The notes beneath the pieces were generated by a model. The model did not search any database. It saw nothing but the letters and a program-made list of their open reading frames with translations, and was not told where the DNA came from. Source: Vicinamibacterales bacterium (GTDB lineage: Bacteria > Acidobacteriota > Vicinamibacteria > Vicinamibacterales > 2-12-FULL-66-21). Taken from it: a stretch of 64,000 nucleotides of DNA. Position 1 is the stretch's first letter. Each line of letters begins with the position of its first letter. The stretch covers positions 578 to 64,577 of the forward strand of contig DASSPH010000030.1 of the NCBI GenBank assembly GCA_035699745.1, read 5' to 3'. Positions 1-12,582 of this stretch are shown piece after piece. The translations under genes were made by a program, and so were the position numbers.

Positions 1-298
1 GTCATCGGCCGCGGGCCGGCCATGTAGCCCGTGTGCAGCCGCTCGATCCGAAATCCTGCCCGCTCGACGAGCTGATCGCGATTCAAATGGCAGCCGCCAG
101 CCAGCCGCTTCCATACCGGTGTGAGCCGGTCCTGCCGCGCGGCGACACGCAGTTCCGGCGCGCGACCGTGCTCGACGAACAGCAACTGGCCGTCCGCAGC
201 CAGGACCCGTCGAATCTCTCGGAGCGCTCGCGTGACGTCGGGAATCGAACAGAGCGTCGGGCAAGGACAGCATTCTCGCCGAAGTGGGTCGCGTTCAT
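1..298 (-). pseudogene. Class I SAM-dependent methyltransferase remnant, copy A. It runs off the window edge and carries a frame-breaking internal deletion relative to copy B.
   Basis: The minus-strand reading of ~1-240 gives [85 protein letters not shown], typical of the post-motif-II/C-terminal part of Methyltransf_11-type enzymes. The ATG at 298 ([13 protein letters not shown]...) is in another frame. No GxGxG SAM-binding motif lies upstream. Confidence 0.5.
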
Positions 299-660
299 CC
301 TGTTCTCCTCGATCGGTCTTCAGCGGGCGGATCCGCCGATCGTCTGGCCGTTCGAGGCGGGCGGTTGACTGGCACACGCCCGCAGTCGCGGGCGACAGCA
401 TTTACGTCGGCTCCTGCAACGGCACGTTCCGTCGACTGGACGCGTCGGGATCACCCATCGCCAGCGGCGGGGAACTGCTCGTCCTGCTCGCGGATCACAA
501 GGCGGACTACCGGGCGCGGGTCGCAGTGGATCGAGCGTTGGCGCGTGTCGTCTGGCGGCAGGCCGCGGCCGTGCGGTCCATCGGAGGATCGGCCGATCTG
601 TTGTACGTCGGAACGCCGCAGGGAACGCTCTCCGCAGTTCGAGCGGAAGTGCCGTGTCCA
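132..660. repeat. Direct repeat copy A of a mosaic of gene fragments (methyltransferase fragment, conserved 112-nt core, beta-propeller fragment).
   Basis: By-eye alignment to 5095-5515. Block 132-258 matches 5095-5220 and is diverged. Block 260-371 matches 5289-5400 with 4 mismatches in 112 nt. Block 571-660 matches 5427-5515. Copy A lacks 5221-5287 and carries ~190 extra nt at 372-570. Confidence 0.8.
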
Positions 661-663
661 TAG
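370..663 (+). pseudogene. C-terminal fragment of a PQQ-like/beta-propeller repeat protein.
   Basis: The frame of ORF 121..663 ends ...AVAGDSIYVGSCNGTFRRLDASG...GGSADLLYVGTPQGTLSAVRAEVPCP*. The repeated 'xxxlYVGsxxGtl' blades resemble PQQ-like propeller repeats. There is no N-terminal part and no plausible start. Confidence 0.3.
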
Positions 664-695
664 CGGATTGAACTCAACGTTCCCTGCGCAATAAA

Positions 696-733
696 GGAAG
701 GCGGCCGCATCTCTGCGGAATTTTCCGCCTTCC
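696..733. terminator. Nested GC-rich hairpin, a possible bidirectional terminator.
   Basis: GGAAGGCGG (696-704) pairs with CCGCCTTCC (725-733). An inner CCGCA-tctc-TGCGG hairpin is followed by AATTTT on the plus strand. The minus-strand version is followed by TTTATTG. Confidence 0.35.
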
Positions 734-877
734 TGCGAACTATCCCGCACCGGATCCCCGCGCCCGCCGGACGATTTGGCAGGGAATTGCCGGCCTGCAC
801 CAGAAAAGTTACCCAGCCTGGCCCGGTATCCGTATTGCTGTTCCCGAAGCACTCTCGCTTTCAGTCAGGAGCAGCTC

Positions 878-1246
878 ATGAAACGCACCGTGGTCATCGT
901 CTGCGCTCTCGCGGTTCTGGTGTTTCCGCTTCGCGTGTTCGCGCAAGACGCGCATACCGACAGCCCGAAGCGAACGCTGACGGTCACCAACACCCTGATG
1001 GTCGGCACGACGATTCTGCAGCCCGGAGACTACAAGTTCCAGTGCCGCACGTTCGGAGGACGGACGTTCCTGATCGTCACCCTGGTCAGTTCCGGCAAGG
1101 AGATCGCGCGCGTGCCGTGCGTACGCGAGACGCTGGATGCCCCGGTGACCGACTCCGCTTACCGGAGCGTCGTTCTGGAGAACGGGACGCGGAGGCTGAC
1201 GCTCGTCCGGATCAAGGGTGAGTCGGTTGCTCACCGCGTCGACTAG
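878..1246 (+). CDS. Small secreted hypothetical protein (signal peptide).
   Basis: ATG at 878 is preceded by AGGAGC. The N-terminus MKRTVVIVCALAVLVFPLRVFAQD is a classic signal peptide. The gene sits 41 nt upstream of the PFOR start. Confidence 0.7.
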   Translation: MKRTVVIVCALAVLVFPLRVFAQDAHTDSPKRTLTVTNTLMVGTTILQPGDYKFQCRTFGGRTFLIVTLVSSGKEIARVPCVRETLDAPVTDSAYRSVVLENGTRRLTLVRIKGESVAHRVD

Positions 1247-1286
1247 CGTGGACCTGCCTGTGGCGGGGCGCGATCGGGAGAGGTGT

Positions 1287-4890
<3,604 letters not shown>

Positions 4891-4892
<2 letters not shown>

Positions 4893-5094
4893 CGCCATCG
4901 ACCGCGGCGCACCGCAGTTCTCCAACTGCGCCAATCCGCAGGCGCACGAGACGAGCACGGGCCGGGAAATCGTCGAACAGCTTGCGTTGTCGGGCCGGGC
5001 CGCCGGCGCCTTCGTCGCGGGCGTCGGAACCGGCGGCACCGTCATGGGCATCGGGCGGTGCCTGCGCGCGCAGAACGCCGCCGTGCGCAGTCAA
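4891..5094 (+). pseudogene. Internal fragment of a cysteine synthase (CysK/CysM family), about 68 codons with no start or end.
   Basis: Translation [62 protein letters not shown] lines up with the E. coli CysK segment [23 protein letters not shown]...[20 protein letters not shown]. It begins at the PFOR stop codon and ends at the repeat copy B junction. Confidence 0.7.
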
Positions 5095-5330
5095 CTGCCA
5101 CGCGGCGACGCCGGGTTCCGGCGCGCGGCCATGCTCGACGAACAGCAACGGCCGCCAGCAGCCAGGACACGCCGAATCTCTCGCAGGGCTCGAGCGACGT
5201 CGGGGATCGAACAGAGCGTCCATCTCGTCACGACCGTCTGCACGCTTCCGGCGTCCAGCGGGATCGTCTCCGCGGAGCCTGCCGCCGTGGCAAGGACAGC
5301 ATTCTCGCCGAAGTGGGTCGCGTTCCTCCT
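5095..5330 (-). pseudogene. Class I SAM-dependent methyltransferase remnant, copy B (3'-truncated, frameshifted, no ATG).
   Basis: The minus strand reads [58 protein letters not shown], then shifts frame to [18 protein letters not shown]. The codon equivalent to copy A's ATG is AGG here. Confidence 0.5.
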
Positions 5331-5515
5331 GTTCTCCTCGATCGGTCTTCAGCGGGCGGATCCGCCGATCGTCTGGCAGTTCGAAGCGGGTGGTTGACTG
5401 CTCAGCCAAGCTGTCGACGACGGCGGTGCGTTCTCTCGGCGGGTCCGCTGATCTGCTGTACGTCGGAACGCCACAGGGAACGCTCTCCGGAGTGCGAGCG
5501 GAGGTGTCCTCTCCT
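5095..5515. repeat. Direct repeat copy B of the gene-fragment mosaic.
   Basis: See copy A. Same orientation, bracketing 661-5094. Confidence 0.8.
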
Positions 5516-5646
5516 CAGTGGTTGGTCACACTCGGCAGTGACGGGGGCAGCGGTGGCCGCCGTGGGCCGTGTTGGCCGCGTCCCCCGTCATCGGCCTCAC
5601 GCCAGGAAGCCGAGCAGCTTGTCCGACACGCCCTCGGACGGCGGCC

Positions 5647-6716
5647 TCATTCATGCCGTCCGCTCCCGCACGGCGTCCGATACACCGCCCCGCTGCCGAT
5701 CGTGATGTCGCACGCCGGCGGGCAATCGCTGTCGCACGGCGGCAATCTCGGCAGGCAGCGTTCCGCCGGCCCCGCCTCGTACGAGCAGATCAGGTAGGCG
5801 CGATGCACCACGCCGACGCAGTCCGGGAACAGGAAGTCCCCGATGGTGGTCTGGCGCTCGTCGTACAGATACGGGAACGGGTACTCGATGACGCCGTGGA
5901 AGAGACACGGCCAGTCTTCGCTGGCGACGCACGTCAGGAAGTAGCGCTCGCAGCACGCTTCGGTTCCGTCCTCGCACGCGCAGTCGCGATCGGGGACGAA
6001 CTCGATCTCGTGGTTGCGCACGCCCGGGCAGCTCTGGACCTCGAACCACAGCTCGACACGGCGCATCCGCACCGGCCGCTGTCCCGGCAGGTACGGGAAC
6101 CTGCCCCGGTTCATGCGCAGCGTGAGCGCCCGCGTGCAGTCGCGCCGCTCCGCCGACCGGGACCGCCGCCCTGAAGCGCTGCCACGCGTCGGAGAAGTCC
6201 TGCCGCCAGTCGAAGAACCGCAGTCCCGCGCCGGGAAGCAGGCACGACGCGACGTTCCAGCTCGCCTGGCGCAGCATGGCGCCGCCGTTCGGCGCCGAGG
6301 ACCTGCCGCTCGATCTGCTCGATCTCGATGTCGAGGACCGTCACCTGGAAGATCCAGTCCGCCTCGCGGCGATCCCAGCCGCCCTCGGTGAGCGACAGCC
6401 CGGCCTGCGTGCCGTTGATGTCGGCGACGGTGTAGAGGATCCGTGCCGCCGCGGCAAAGGCGTGCGCCAGCTTGGTGCCGATCGGCATCTGGGAGACCGA
6501 CACGGGTGTCGACGCGATGCCGGCGACGCCGGTCGTGTTGTCGGGGATCAGGTTCATCACCTGGCCGACCGCTTCGACCACGTTGCCGGCGGCGCGGGTG
6601 GTCATCGAGACGCCGGTCAGGTTCTGGTACGCCTGCTCCTTGGCGATCAGGCCGTTGGCGATGAGATCCGCGTAGTACTGGCGGCGGGCACCGGATCGCT
6701 CTCGTTCCGCTGCCGC
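5647..6716 (-). pseudogene. 3' remnant of a large TcA-like (toxin-complex subunit A-like) gene, 5'-truncated and spread over three reading frames.
   Basis: Frame A (6716 down to ~6290): ...RRQYYADLIANGLIAKEQAYQNLTGVSMTTRAAGNVVEAVGQVMNLIPD...AHAFAAAARILYTVADINGTQAGLSLTEGGWDRREADWIFQVTVLDIEIEQIERQVLGAE. This carries the 'a.Y/W.RR..eW..Q....ei.QI..Q' pattern of TcA C-terminal regions. Frame B (6277 down to ~6165): MLRQASWNVASCLLPGAGLRFFDWRQDFSDAWQRF. Frame C (~6115 down to 5647): the Cys-rich tail MNRGRFPYLPGQRPVRMRRVELWFEVQSCPGV...PPCDSDCPPACDITIG. Frame A opens right after a TGA at 6719-6717. Confidence 0.5.
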
Positions 6717-6857
6717 TCAGCAGGAGCCGCAACGAGTTCAAGCCCGCGCTCACGCTCGACTACCGCGAGCAGCGGGAAGACTGAACCCAACCGTGGGCGC
6801 AGGCCCTCCGCACGTCCCGCGCCGGTGACGCCGCGCCCGGAGCGAAAGGCTGGGACG

Positions 6858-7070
6858 ATGAAGCTGACCGAGATCAAGCCGGGTCTCTTCCTCAACGAAG
6901 ACCAGATTGTCAGCGTTCGCGTGCTGCCGCAGGAGGATGGCGATGCCTACGCGGTACTGCAGATGCCGAGCGGCGACAAGCTGAACCTTTCCCGCGACGA
7001 GTTCAAGTCGATCACGGGCGAGGCGCCGCGGCCCACGGCGCGGCAGCCCCACGTGCCTGAAGTGCGGTAG
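6858..7070 (+). CDS. Small hypothetical protein (70 aa).
   Basis: ATG at 6858 with AAGG upstream. The composition looks coding (MKLTEIKPGLFLNEDQIVSVRVLPQEDGDAYAVLQMPSGDKLNLSRDEFKSITG). I recognise no family. Confidence 0.4.
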   Translation: MKLTEIKPGLFLNEDQIVSVRVLPQEDGDAYAVLQMPSGDKLNLSRDEFKSITGEAPRPTARQPHVPEVR

Positions 7071-7105
7071 GCGGCGCGGGATGTGCCGGGCCGGCTGGCG
7101 AAGCC

Positions 7106-8623
7106 TCAGTAGATCTGCTGGGTCCTGGCGACAATCACCTTCGGCGGCGTCACGCCGGCCGCGATCATCACCTCGCGAATCGCCGCTTCGGTCTCCGGCG
7201 ACGGCTTGAAGTTGCCGAACCGGTAGCCCACCGCAATCGCGAGCGGCGTCCAGCCGAACTTGTCATCCTTGTTCCAGACGGCAATCCTGGCCCCCTTCGC
7301 GGCCAGGAGCTTGACGACCTTCGGCAGGTTCTTGTAGGCCGCGGCGTGCATCGCGGTCTCGCCGTTCTTGTCCACGGCGTTGATGTCGGCGCCGAGATCG
7401 AGGAGCAGCTGCACGGCCTGGAGCACCTCCGGCTCGGTGCCGGCGTCCTCGCCGGGAGACCGCGTGCCGAGCCCGGCACAGGCCATCAGCGCCGTGCTGT
7501 TCTCCACGTTGGTCAGCGTCGTGTCGGCGCCGAGCGCGGCGAGCGTCTGCATCAACTCGACATCGGCGGTGAGCGACGCGAGCCAGAACGGCGTCGCGCC
7601 GATCTCGTTGGACCGCGTGTTGTTCAGATTCGCCTTCTTCGTCATTCGCGCGTTCACGTTGGCGCCGCGCGCGATCAGCGTCTTCACGAATTCGATGCTG
7701 CTCATCGCGCCCGAGCCGTCCGGCGGCGGATCGTTGTCGCCGACGCCGGGCTTGCGCACGGCGGTGATCGCGTGCAGGACGGTGTACCCGGGCAGATCCG
7801 CATTGGGATTGGCGCCCGAGTCGAGCAGGAACGACGCGAGCTCGTAGTGCGCGTTGGTCACGGCAATCAGCAGCGGCGTCGCTCCCGCCGGCGGCAGGCG
7901 GCCGCCGTACCCGCGCCGGCGCCCTGCGGGGATCGCGTCGTTCACGTCGGCGCCGGCGGCGAGGAGCGCGCGCGCGGCCTCGAGGCGCCCTTCGCGGGCG
8001 GCGAAGAACAGCGGCGTGAACCCGGACGGGACGCGCCGCTTCACGTCGGCGCCCGCTTCAATCAAGTCCTCGACGATCGCGGCATGCCCTTCGGCGGCCG
8101 CCCACATCAGTGCCGTCTGGCCGCGGCGTTCGTCTGCCGCGTCGACGCGCGCGCCGTTGGCGAGCAGCGCCTTCACGGCGCCGGCGGACCCGGTCCTCGC
8201 CGCCGTCATCAGCGGCGTCTCGCCGCCAGGCAGCGCGGCATTCGGGTCGGCGCCGGCCTTGATCAGCGCGTCCACGATCGCGCCGCTGCCGTTCGTGCAG
8301 GCGAGCGAGAGCGGCGTCACGCCGTACCGGCTCGCCGCGTTCACCCTGGCGCCGGCGCGAAGCAGCCGGTCCACCGTGCGGCGATCGTCGTGATAGACGG
8401 CCCAGTGCAGCGCCGTCATGCCGTCGGGCTGGGGTGCCGCGACGCTGACGCGCTGTTCGAGCAGCGCCGCAACCCGCGCCCAGTCCTTTGCCTCGGCGGC
8501 ATCGGCCAGGGCCGTTTCCGCGCTGCGCGTGTCGGCGGCCGGGACGCGCGCCCCCACCGCAGCCGGGCTCGCACACGCCAACAGGACGGCGGCGGCGACT
8601 CGACTACAACGCCAGCAGTTCAT
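7106..8623 (-). CDS. Secreted ankyrin-repeat protein.
   Basis: Multiple 33-aa repeats with G-TpLh.Aa..Gh..iv..Ll..GAdvn signatures (e.g. DGMTALHWAVYHDDRRTVDRLLRAGARVN). The signal peptide is MNCWRCSRVAAAVLLACASPAAVGA, so I start at the second Met (8623). Confidence 0.85.
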   Translation of the reverse strand: MNCWRCSRVAAAVLLACASPAAVGARVPAADTRSAETALADAAEAKDWARVAALLEQRVSVAAPQPDGMTALHWAVYHDDRRTVDRLLRAGARVNAASRYGVTPLSLACTNGSGAIVDALIKAGADPNAALPGGETPLMTAARTGSAGAVKALLANGARVDAADERRGQTALMWAAAEGHAAIVEDLIEAGADVKRRVPSGFTPLFFAAREGRLEAARALLAAGADVNDAIPAGRRRGYGGRLPPAGATPLLIAVTNAHYELASFLLDSGANPNADLPGYTVLHAITAVRKPGVGDNDPPPDGSGAMSSIEFVKTLIARGANVNARMTKKANLNNTRSNEIGATPFWLASLTADVELMQTLAALGADTTLTNVENSTALMACAGLGTRSPGEDAGTEPEVLQAVQLLLDLGADINAVDKNGETAMHAAAYKNLPKVVKLLAAKGARIAVWNKDDKFGWTPLAIAVGYRFGNFKPSPETEAAIREVMIAAGVTPPKVIVARTQQIY

Positions 8624-9944
8624 CGAGCTTTCCCTTGCTGTCGGCAAAGGCGTCCATCCGCACGCCGACGCGGTCGAGGAGCGTCAGGTGCAGGTTGGCG
8701 AGGGGCGTCGGCTCCGCATACTTGATGTGGCGCCCGCCCTTGAACCGGCCGCCCGCGCCGCCGGCGACGATCGTCGGCAGGTTGATGTGGTCGTGGATGT
8801 TGGGATCGCCCATCCCGCTGCCGTAGAGAATCAGCGAATGATCGAGCAGCGTGCCGTCGCCGTCGCGCGTCGATTTCAGCTTGTCGAGATAGTAGGCGAA
8901 CAGCGAGACGTGGAAGGCGTTGATCTTCGCCATCCGCGCGACCTTGTCCGGATCGTTGCCGTGGTGGGTCAGCGGATGGTGCGGATCGGGCACGCCGATC
9001 TCCGGATAGGTGCGGTTGCTCGTTTCCCGCGCGAGCTGGAACGTGATCACGCGCGTCACGTCGGCCTGCATCGCCAGCACCTGCAGGTCGAACATCAGCC
9101 TGGCGTGATCCGCATATGACGCCGGGACGCCGACGGGACGATCGAGATCCGGCAGCTGGTCGTCGGGCGTGGCTGCCTCCGCCTTCTGGATGCGGCGCTC
9201 CACTTCGCGAACGGTCTGCAGGTACTCGCCGACGCGCGCGCGATCCTCCGCGCCGAGCGTGGTCTGCAGCCGCGAGATGTCGTCGCGGACCCAGTCGAGC
9301 AGGCTGGCGCGCCGGCGCAGCGCGGCGCGCCGATCGGCGGGCGATCCGCCGTCGCCGAACAGCCGTTCGAAGACCACGCGCGGATGCGCCTCCGCCGGCA
9401 GCGGCGTCGTCGGCGACGACCAGGACAGATTGTTCTGATACACGCAGGCGTAGCCGTTGTCGCACTGGCCGACCATCTGGATCAGATCCATCGACAGCTC
9501 CAGCGACGGCAGCAGCGTCTGCTCGCCGAGCTGTTTCGCCGCGATCTGGTCGACGGTCGTCCCCAGGTAGTAGTCGGTGCTCTCGGTCCACTTCGCCTTC
9601 GCGGCGCTGAGGAACGCCGCGTTCGAGGTGGCGTGCGTGCCGGGGTAGGCGTTCTTCAGCTCCATGTTCGACAGGACGGTGAGCTGATCGACGAACGGCC
9701 GCAGCGACTGCAGCGTGGGCGACAGGTCGGCGAGCGTCGCGCCCGGCGGCGTCCAGCGCGGCAGATCGCAGCCCATCGGCATGTAGACGAAGCCGAGGCG
9801 GCGGACCGGACCGGCGGCGCTCTTCGCCAGCGCCGTCGTCGTCCACCGGGACGGCACCATAGCGTCGAGCAGCGGCAGGGCAAGGGCGGCCCCCATGCCG
9901 CGAAGGAACGTGCGGCGGGGCAGCGCTGGCTTCGGGATGATCAT
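8604..9944 (-). CDS. DUF1552 family protein (Tat-type signal).
   Basis: The N-terminus MIIPKPALPRRTFLRGMGAALALPLLDAM and the overall sequence are typical of DUF1552 proteins that pair with DUF1592-type proteins. It overlaps the upstream gene by 4 nt. Confidence 0.8.
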   Translation of the reverse strand: MIIPKPALPRRTFLRGMGAALALPLLDAMVPSRWTTTALAKSAAGPVRRLGFVYMPMGCDLPRWTPPGATLADLSPTLQSLRPFVDQLTVLSNMELKNAYPGTHATSNAAFLSAAKAKWTESTDYYLGTTVDQIAAKQLGEQTLLPSLELSMDLIQMVGQCDNGYACVYQNNLSWSSPTTPLPAEAHPRVVFERLFGDGGSPADRRAALRRRASLLDWVRDDISRLQTTLGAEDRARVGEYLQTVREVERRIQKAEAATPDDQLPDLDRPVGVPASYADHARLMFDLQVLAMQADVTRVITFQLARETSNRTYPEIGVPDPHHPLTHHGNDPDKVARMAKINAFHVSLFAYYLDKLKSTRDGDGTLLDHSLILYGSGMGDPNIHDHINLPTIVAGGAGGRFKGGRHIKYAEPTPLANLHLTLLDRVGVRMDAFADSKGKLDELLAL

Positions 9945-12310
9945 CTGGACTTCCTCATCTGGAAAGACGGGCTCTTCACGACGCCGAGGACGATCGACGA
10001 CATCCGGTAATTCTGCGCGCGCGCGGCGCGGACGATCGACCGAATCGCCGGGGCGTCGTAGTATTCGACGCCCCGCCCGAGCGCGTAAGTGTGGAGCTTC
10101 TCGGCGAGCGTGCCGACGAAGAGCTCCGGCCGGCGGACGAGCGCCGCCTCGAGGCCGTCCACGTCAGTGAACCTGGTGCCGTCGGGAAGGCTGCCGGCGA
10201 CGTCGATCGGCGATCCTGCTTCCGCGGCGCGGCGCCGTCCGACCGCATCGAAGCGCTCGAGCGCGAGGCCGATCGGATCCATCAGGTTGTGGCAGGGGGC
10301 GCACTGCGCGTTGCGCCGGTGTTCGGCGATCCGCTCGCGGACCGACAGGCGCCCGTCGACGGTGTTGTCCTTCAGCGCCGGCACGTCGGGCAGCGGCGGT
10401 GGAGGCGGCACGCCGAGCAGCGTGTCGAGCACGAACTTGCCGCGCAGCACCGGCGACGTGCGCGTCGCGTAGGAGGTCACCGTCAGCAGGCTGCCGTGGC
10501 GCAGCAGGCCGCCGCGCCAGGTGTCGGCCGGCAGCGCGACCCGGCGGAAGCGGCTGCCATACACGTGCGGGATGCCATAGTGCCTGGCCAGCCGCTGGTT
10601 CAGGAACGTGTACCTGGCAGTCAGGAGATCCAGAGCGCTGCGATCTTCGCGCAGGACGCTCTCGAAGAACAGCTCCGTCTCGCGCCGGAACGCCTGCTTC
10701 AGGTTGTTGTCGAAATCCGGGAAGAGCCGCATGTCCGGCGTGACCGACTCGAGGTTCACCAGGTGCAGCCACTGCGCCGCGAAGTTGGTCACCAGGGCGC
10801 GCGATCGCGGGTCCGCGAGCATACGCCGGACCTGCGTCTCCAGCACCGCGGGCTGGTGCAGCGTGCCGCGGGCGGCCGCACGCAGCAGCGCCTCGTCGGG
10901 AATGCTGCTCCACAAGAAGAACGACAGCCGCGATGCCAGCTCGAGATCCGGAATCCGGTACGGCGTATTGGCCGGGATGCCGGCGGGATCGCGCTCGACG
11001 CGGAACAGGAACTCCGGGCTGACCAGGATGGCGGCGAGACCCGCTTCGATGCCCGCCTCGAAGTCGCCGTCGCCGTCGCCGTCGCCGCGCGCGCTCCGAT
11101 ACAGCGTCATCGGGCCGCGCAGGTCCGCGCTGGTCACCGGCCGGCGATACGCTCGGCGCATCAGCGCGCCGAAGATCTGCTCCGGCGACCGGGAAACGAA
11201 GATGCGGCGGCGGCTGGGGGTCTCACCCGGGCCCTTCGCGGTGAACGGCCCGAGAATCGAGACCGAGTAGATCGCCGGCTGCACGCGCGGATGCCGATAG
11301 AAATTGAAATGCGTCTGGTACGGCTGCCGCGGTGTTTCCAGCAGGACCGACGGCTTCTTCGGGAACGCGACGCCAACCGCATGCGGACCGGCGGTCACCG
11401 CAAGGCGAACCGTGAGGTGGCGGTCGACGCTCTCATGCGACGGCTGCTCGGTCTCGGGCAGGCCGGGCTGCCGCTGCGGCGGGCTGACCGTGAAGAGCTG
11501 CACGCGCTGGCGATCGACCAGCACTTCGAGGTCGTGTGCTTCGCTGAGCCCCTCGACGTGTTCGTCGCGATCCCGCATCAACCGGACCTGGATCTCGTAC
11601 TCACCGTCGAGCGGAAAGGTGTAGTTGATCAGCGCGCCGCCGCGGGTGCCGATCGGCAGCCCCTCGATGTGTTCTTCCTGCGTCAGCTCCGCCGGGATCC
11701 GTATCGTCTCGCCGCCAGGGGAGCGTCCGGCGCGCCCCACGGCGAGCCGGCCGATCTTCTCCGCCGCCGACAGGTAGCGATCGAGCAGGGTCGGCGTGAG
11801 CGTGCCGACGGTGACGTTGTCGAATCCATAGCTGGATTCGTCGGCCGGCAGCAACGCCGCCGCGTCGATGTCGACGGCGAGCAGGTCGCGGATCGCGTTC
11901 TGGTACTCCGTCCGCGTCAGCCGGCGGATCGTCGCCGGCCGGCCGGGATCCGGCCGCGCCTTCGCGGCGGCGTCGAGGGCGGTCTCGAGCGACGCGACGA
12001 CCGCGTCATACGCCGCTTCGGTCGGGCGATCCTTCCCGATCGGCGGCATCTGCCTCGCGCGCAGCTTGCGCACGACCTTCTCCCACACCTCCGGATGGTC
12101 GGCAATCGTGCCGGTCATCACCGCGTCGAGGGCGAGATCTCCCTTTTTCTTGTCGGTGTCGTGGCAGGAAAGACAGTAGGTTTCGACGAGGTCGACGTGG
12201 GGCGGACGTCTCGCATGCAGCCCGGGGCGCAGGTTCACCGCGGCCGTGAGAACGACGACGCCGGCAAGGACGGCGAGGCGCGCGCGGCCCCGTGGAGCCA
12301 TGCGGCCCAT
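9941..12310 (-). CDS. DUF1592/DUF1588/DUF1585-type multidomain protein with an N-terminal cytochrome c motif.
   Basis: 789 aa. There is a signal/anchor segment followed by CLSCHD (CxxCH heme-binding motif) near the N-terminus. The architecture and its DUF1552 partner are typical of this Planctomycete/Acidobacteria gene pair. Confidence 0.8.
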   Translation of the reverse strand: MGRMAPRGRARLAVLAGVVVLTAAVNLRPGLHARRPPHVDLVETYCLSCHDTDKKKGDLALDAVMTGTIADHPEVWEKVVRKLRARQMPPIGKDRPTEAAYDAVVASLETALDAAAKARPDPGRPATIRRLTRTEYQNAIRDLLAVDIDAAALLPADESSYGFDNVTVGTLTPTLLDRYLSAAEKIGRLAVGRAGRSPGGETIRIPAELTQEEHIEGLPIGTRGGALINYTFPLDGEYEIQVRLMRDRDEHVEGLSEAHDLEVLVDRQRVQLFTVSPPQRQPGLPETEQPSHESVDRHLTVRLAVTAGPHAVGVAFPKKPSVLLETPRQPYQTHFNFYRHPRVQPAIYSVSILGPFTAKGPGETPSRRRIFVSRSPEQIFGALMRRAYRRPVTSADLRGPMTLYRSARGDGDGDGDFEAGIEAGLAAILVSPEFLFRVERDPAGIPANTPYRIPDLELASRLSFFLWSSIPDEALLRAAARGTLHQPAVLETQVRRMLADPRSRALVTNFAAQWLHLVNLESVTPDMRLFPDFDNNLKQAFRRETELFFESVLREDRSALDLLTARYTFLNQRLARHYGIPHVYGSRFRRVALPADTWRGGLLRHGSLLTVTSYATRTSPVLRGKFVLDTLLGVPPPPPLPDVPALKDNTVDGRLSVRERIAEHRRNAQCAPCHNLMDPIGLALERFDAVGRRRAAEAGSPIDVAGSLPDGTRFTDVDGLEAALVRRPELFVGTLAEKLHTYALGRGVEYYDAPAIRSIVRAARAQNYRMSSIVLGVVKSPSFQMRKSR

Positions 12311-12320
12311 GATACGCCCA

Positions 12321-12563
12321 TCAGCCGTCCTCGATCGCGCCGACCTCGATCATCACCCCCCGCGCGAGCGCCCGCTCGACCGCCAGTTCCGTCTGATCGC
12401 ATTCGAAGACAATGAGCGGAAACGTCTGCAGCACGCGGACCCGCGCGCCGGGGGTCACGCCCAGCGCCGCCAGCCGGTCCGCCCGGGCGGTGAGATCGCG
12501 CCTCAGGCGGGCGACCCGGCCGTGCGCCCCCGGCCGCAGCGAGGCAAGCGGAACGTGCGTCAT
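12321..12563 (-). CDS. feoA: FeoA family iron transport protein.
   Basis: 80 aa. Sequence LASLRPGAHGRVARL...LAALGVTPGARVRVLQTFPLIVFECDQTELAVERALARGVMIE is the FeoA SH3-like pattern. Confidence 0.85.
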   Translation of the reverse strand: MTHVPLASLRPGAHGRVARLRRDLTARADRLAALGVTPGARVRVLQTFPLIVFECDQTELAVERALARGVMIEVGAIEDG

Positions 12564-12582
12564 GGTGCTTCCCGGCTCATCG

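Noticed and set aside
5569-6174. Plus-strand ORFs 5569..6174, 6014..6391 and 6276..7070 (N-terminal part) as genes in the 5.5-6.8 kb region.
   Set aside because: They are antisense to the TcA-like remnant and compositionally non-protein-like. Only the last 70 codons of 6276..7070 (from ATG 6858) look coding.
10091-12415. 774-aa plus-strand ORF antisense to the DUF1592 gene. Similar giants occur at 21429..23555 -, 25270..27180 -, 28397..31216 -, 42726..45695 +, 45702..49220 +, 51417..54737 +, 53809..55896 -, 55044..57188 + and 60238..62985 -.
   Set aside because: All are antisense or off-frame shadows of genes with clear domain signatures. Their composition (runs of R, A, G, P, D) is not protein-like.
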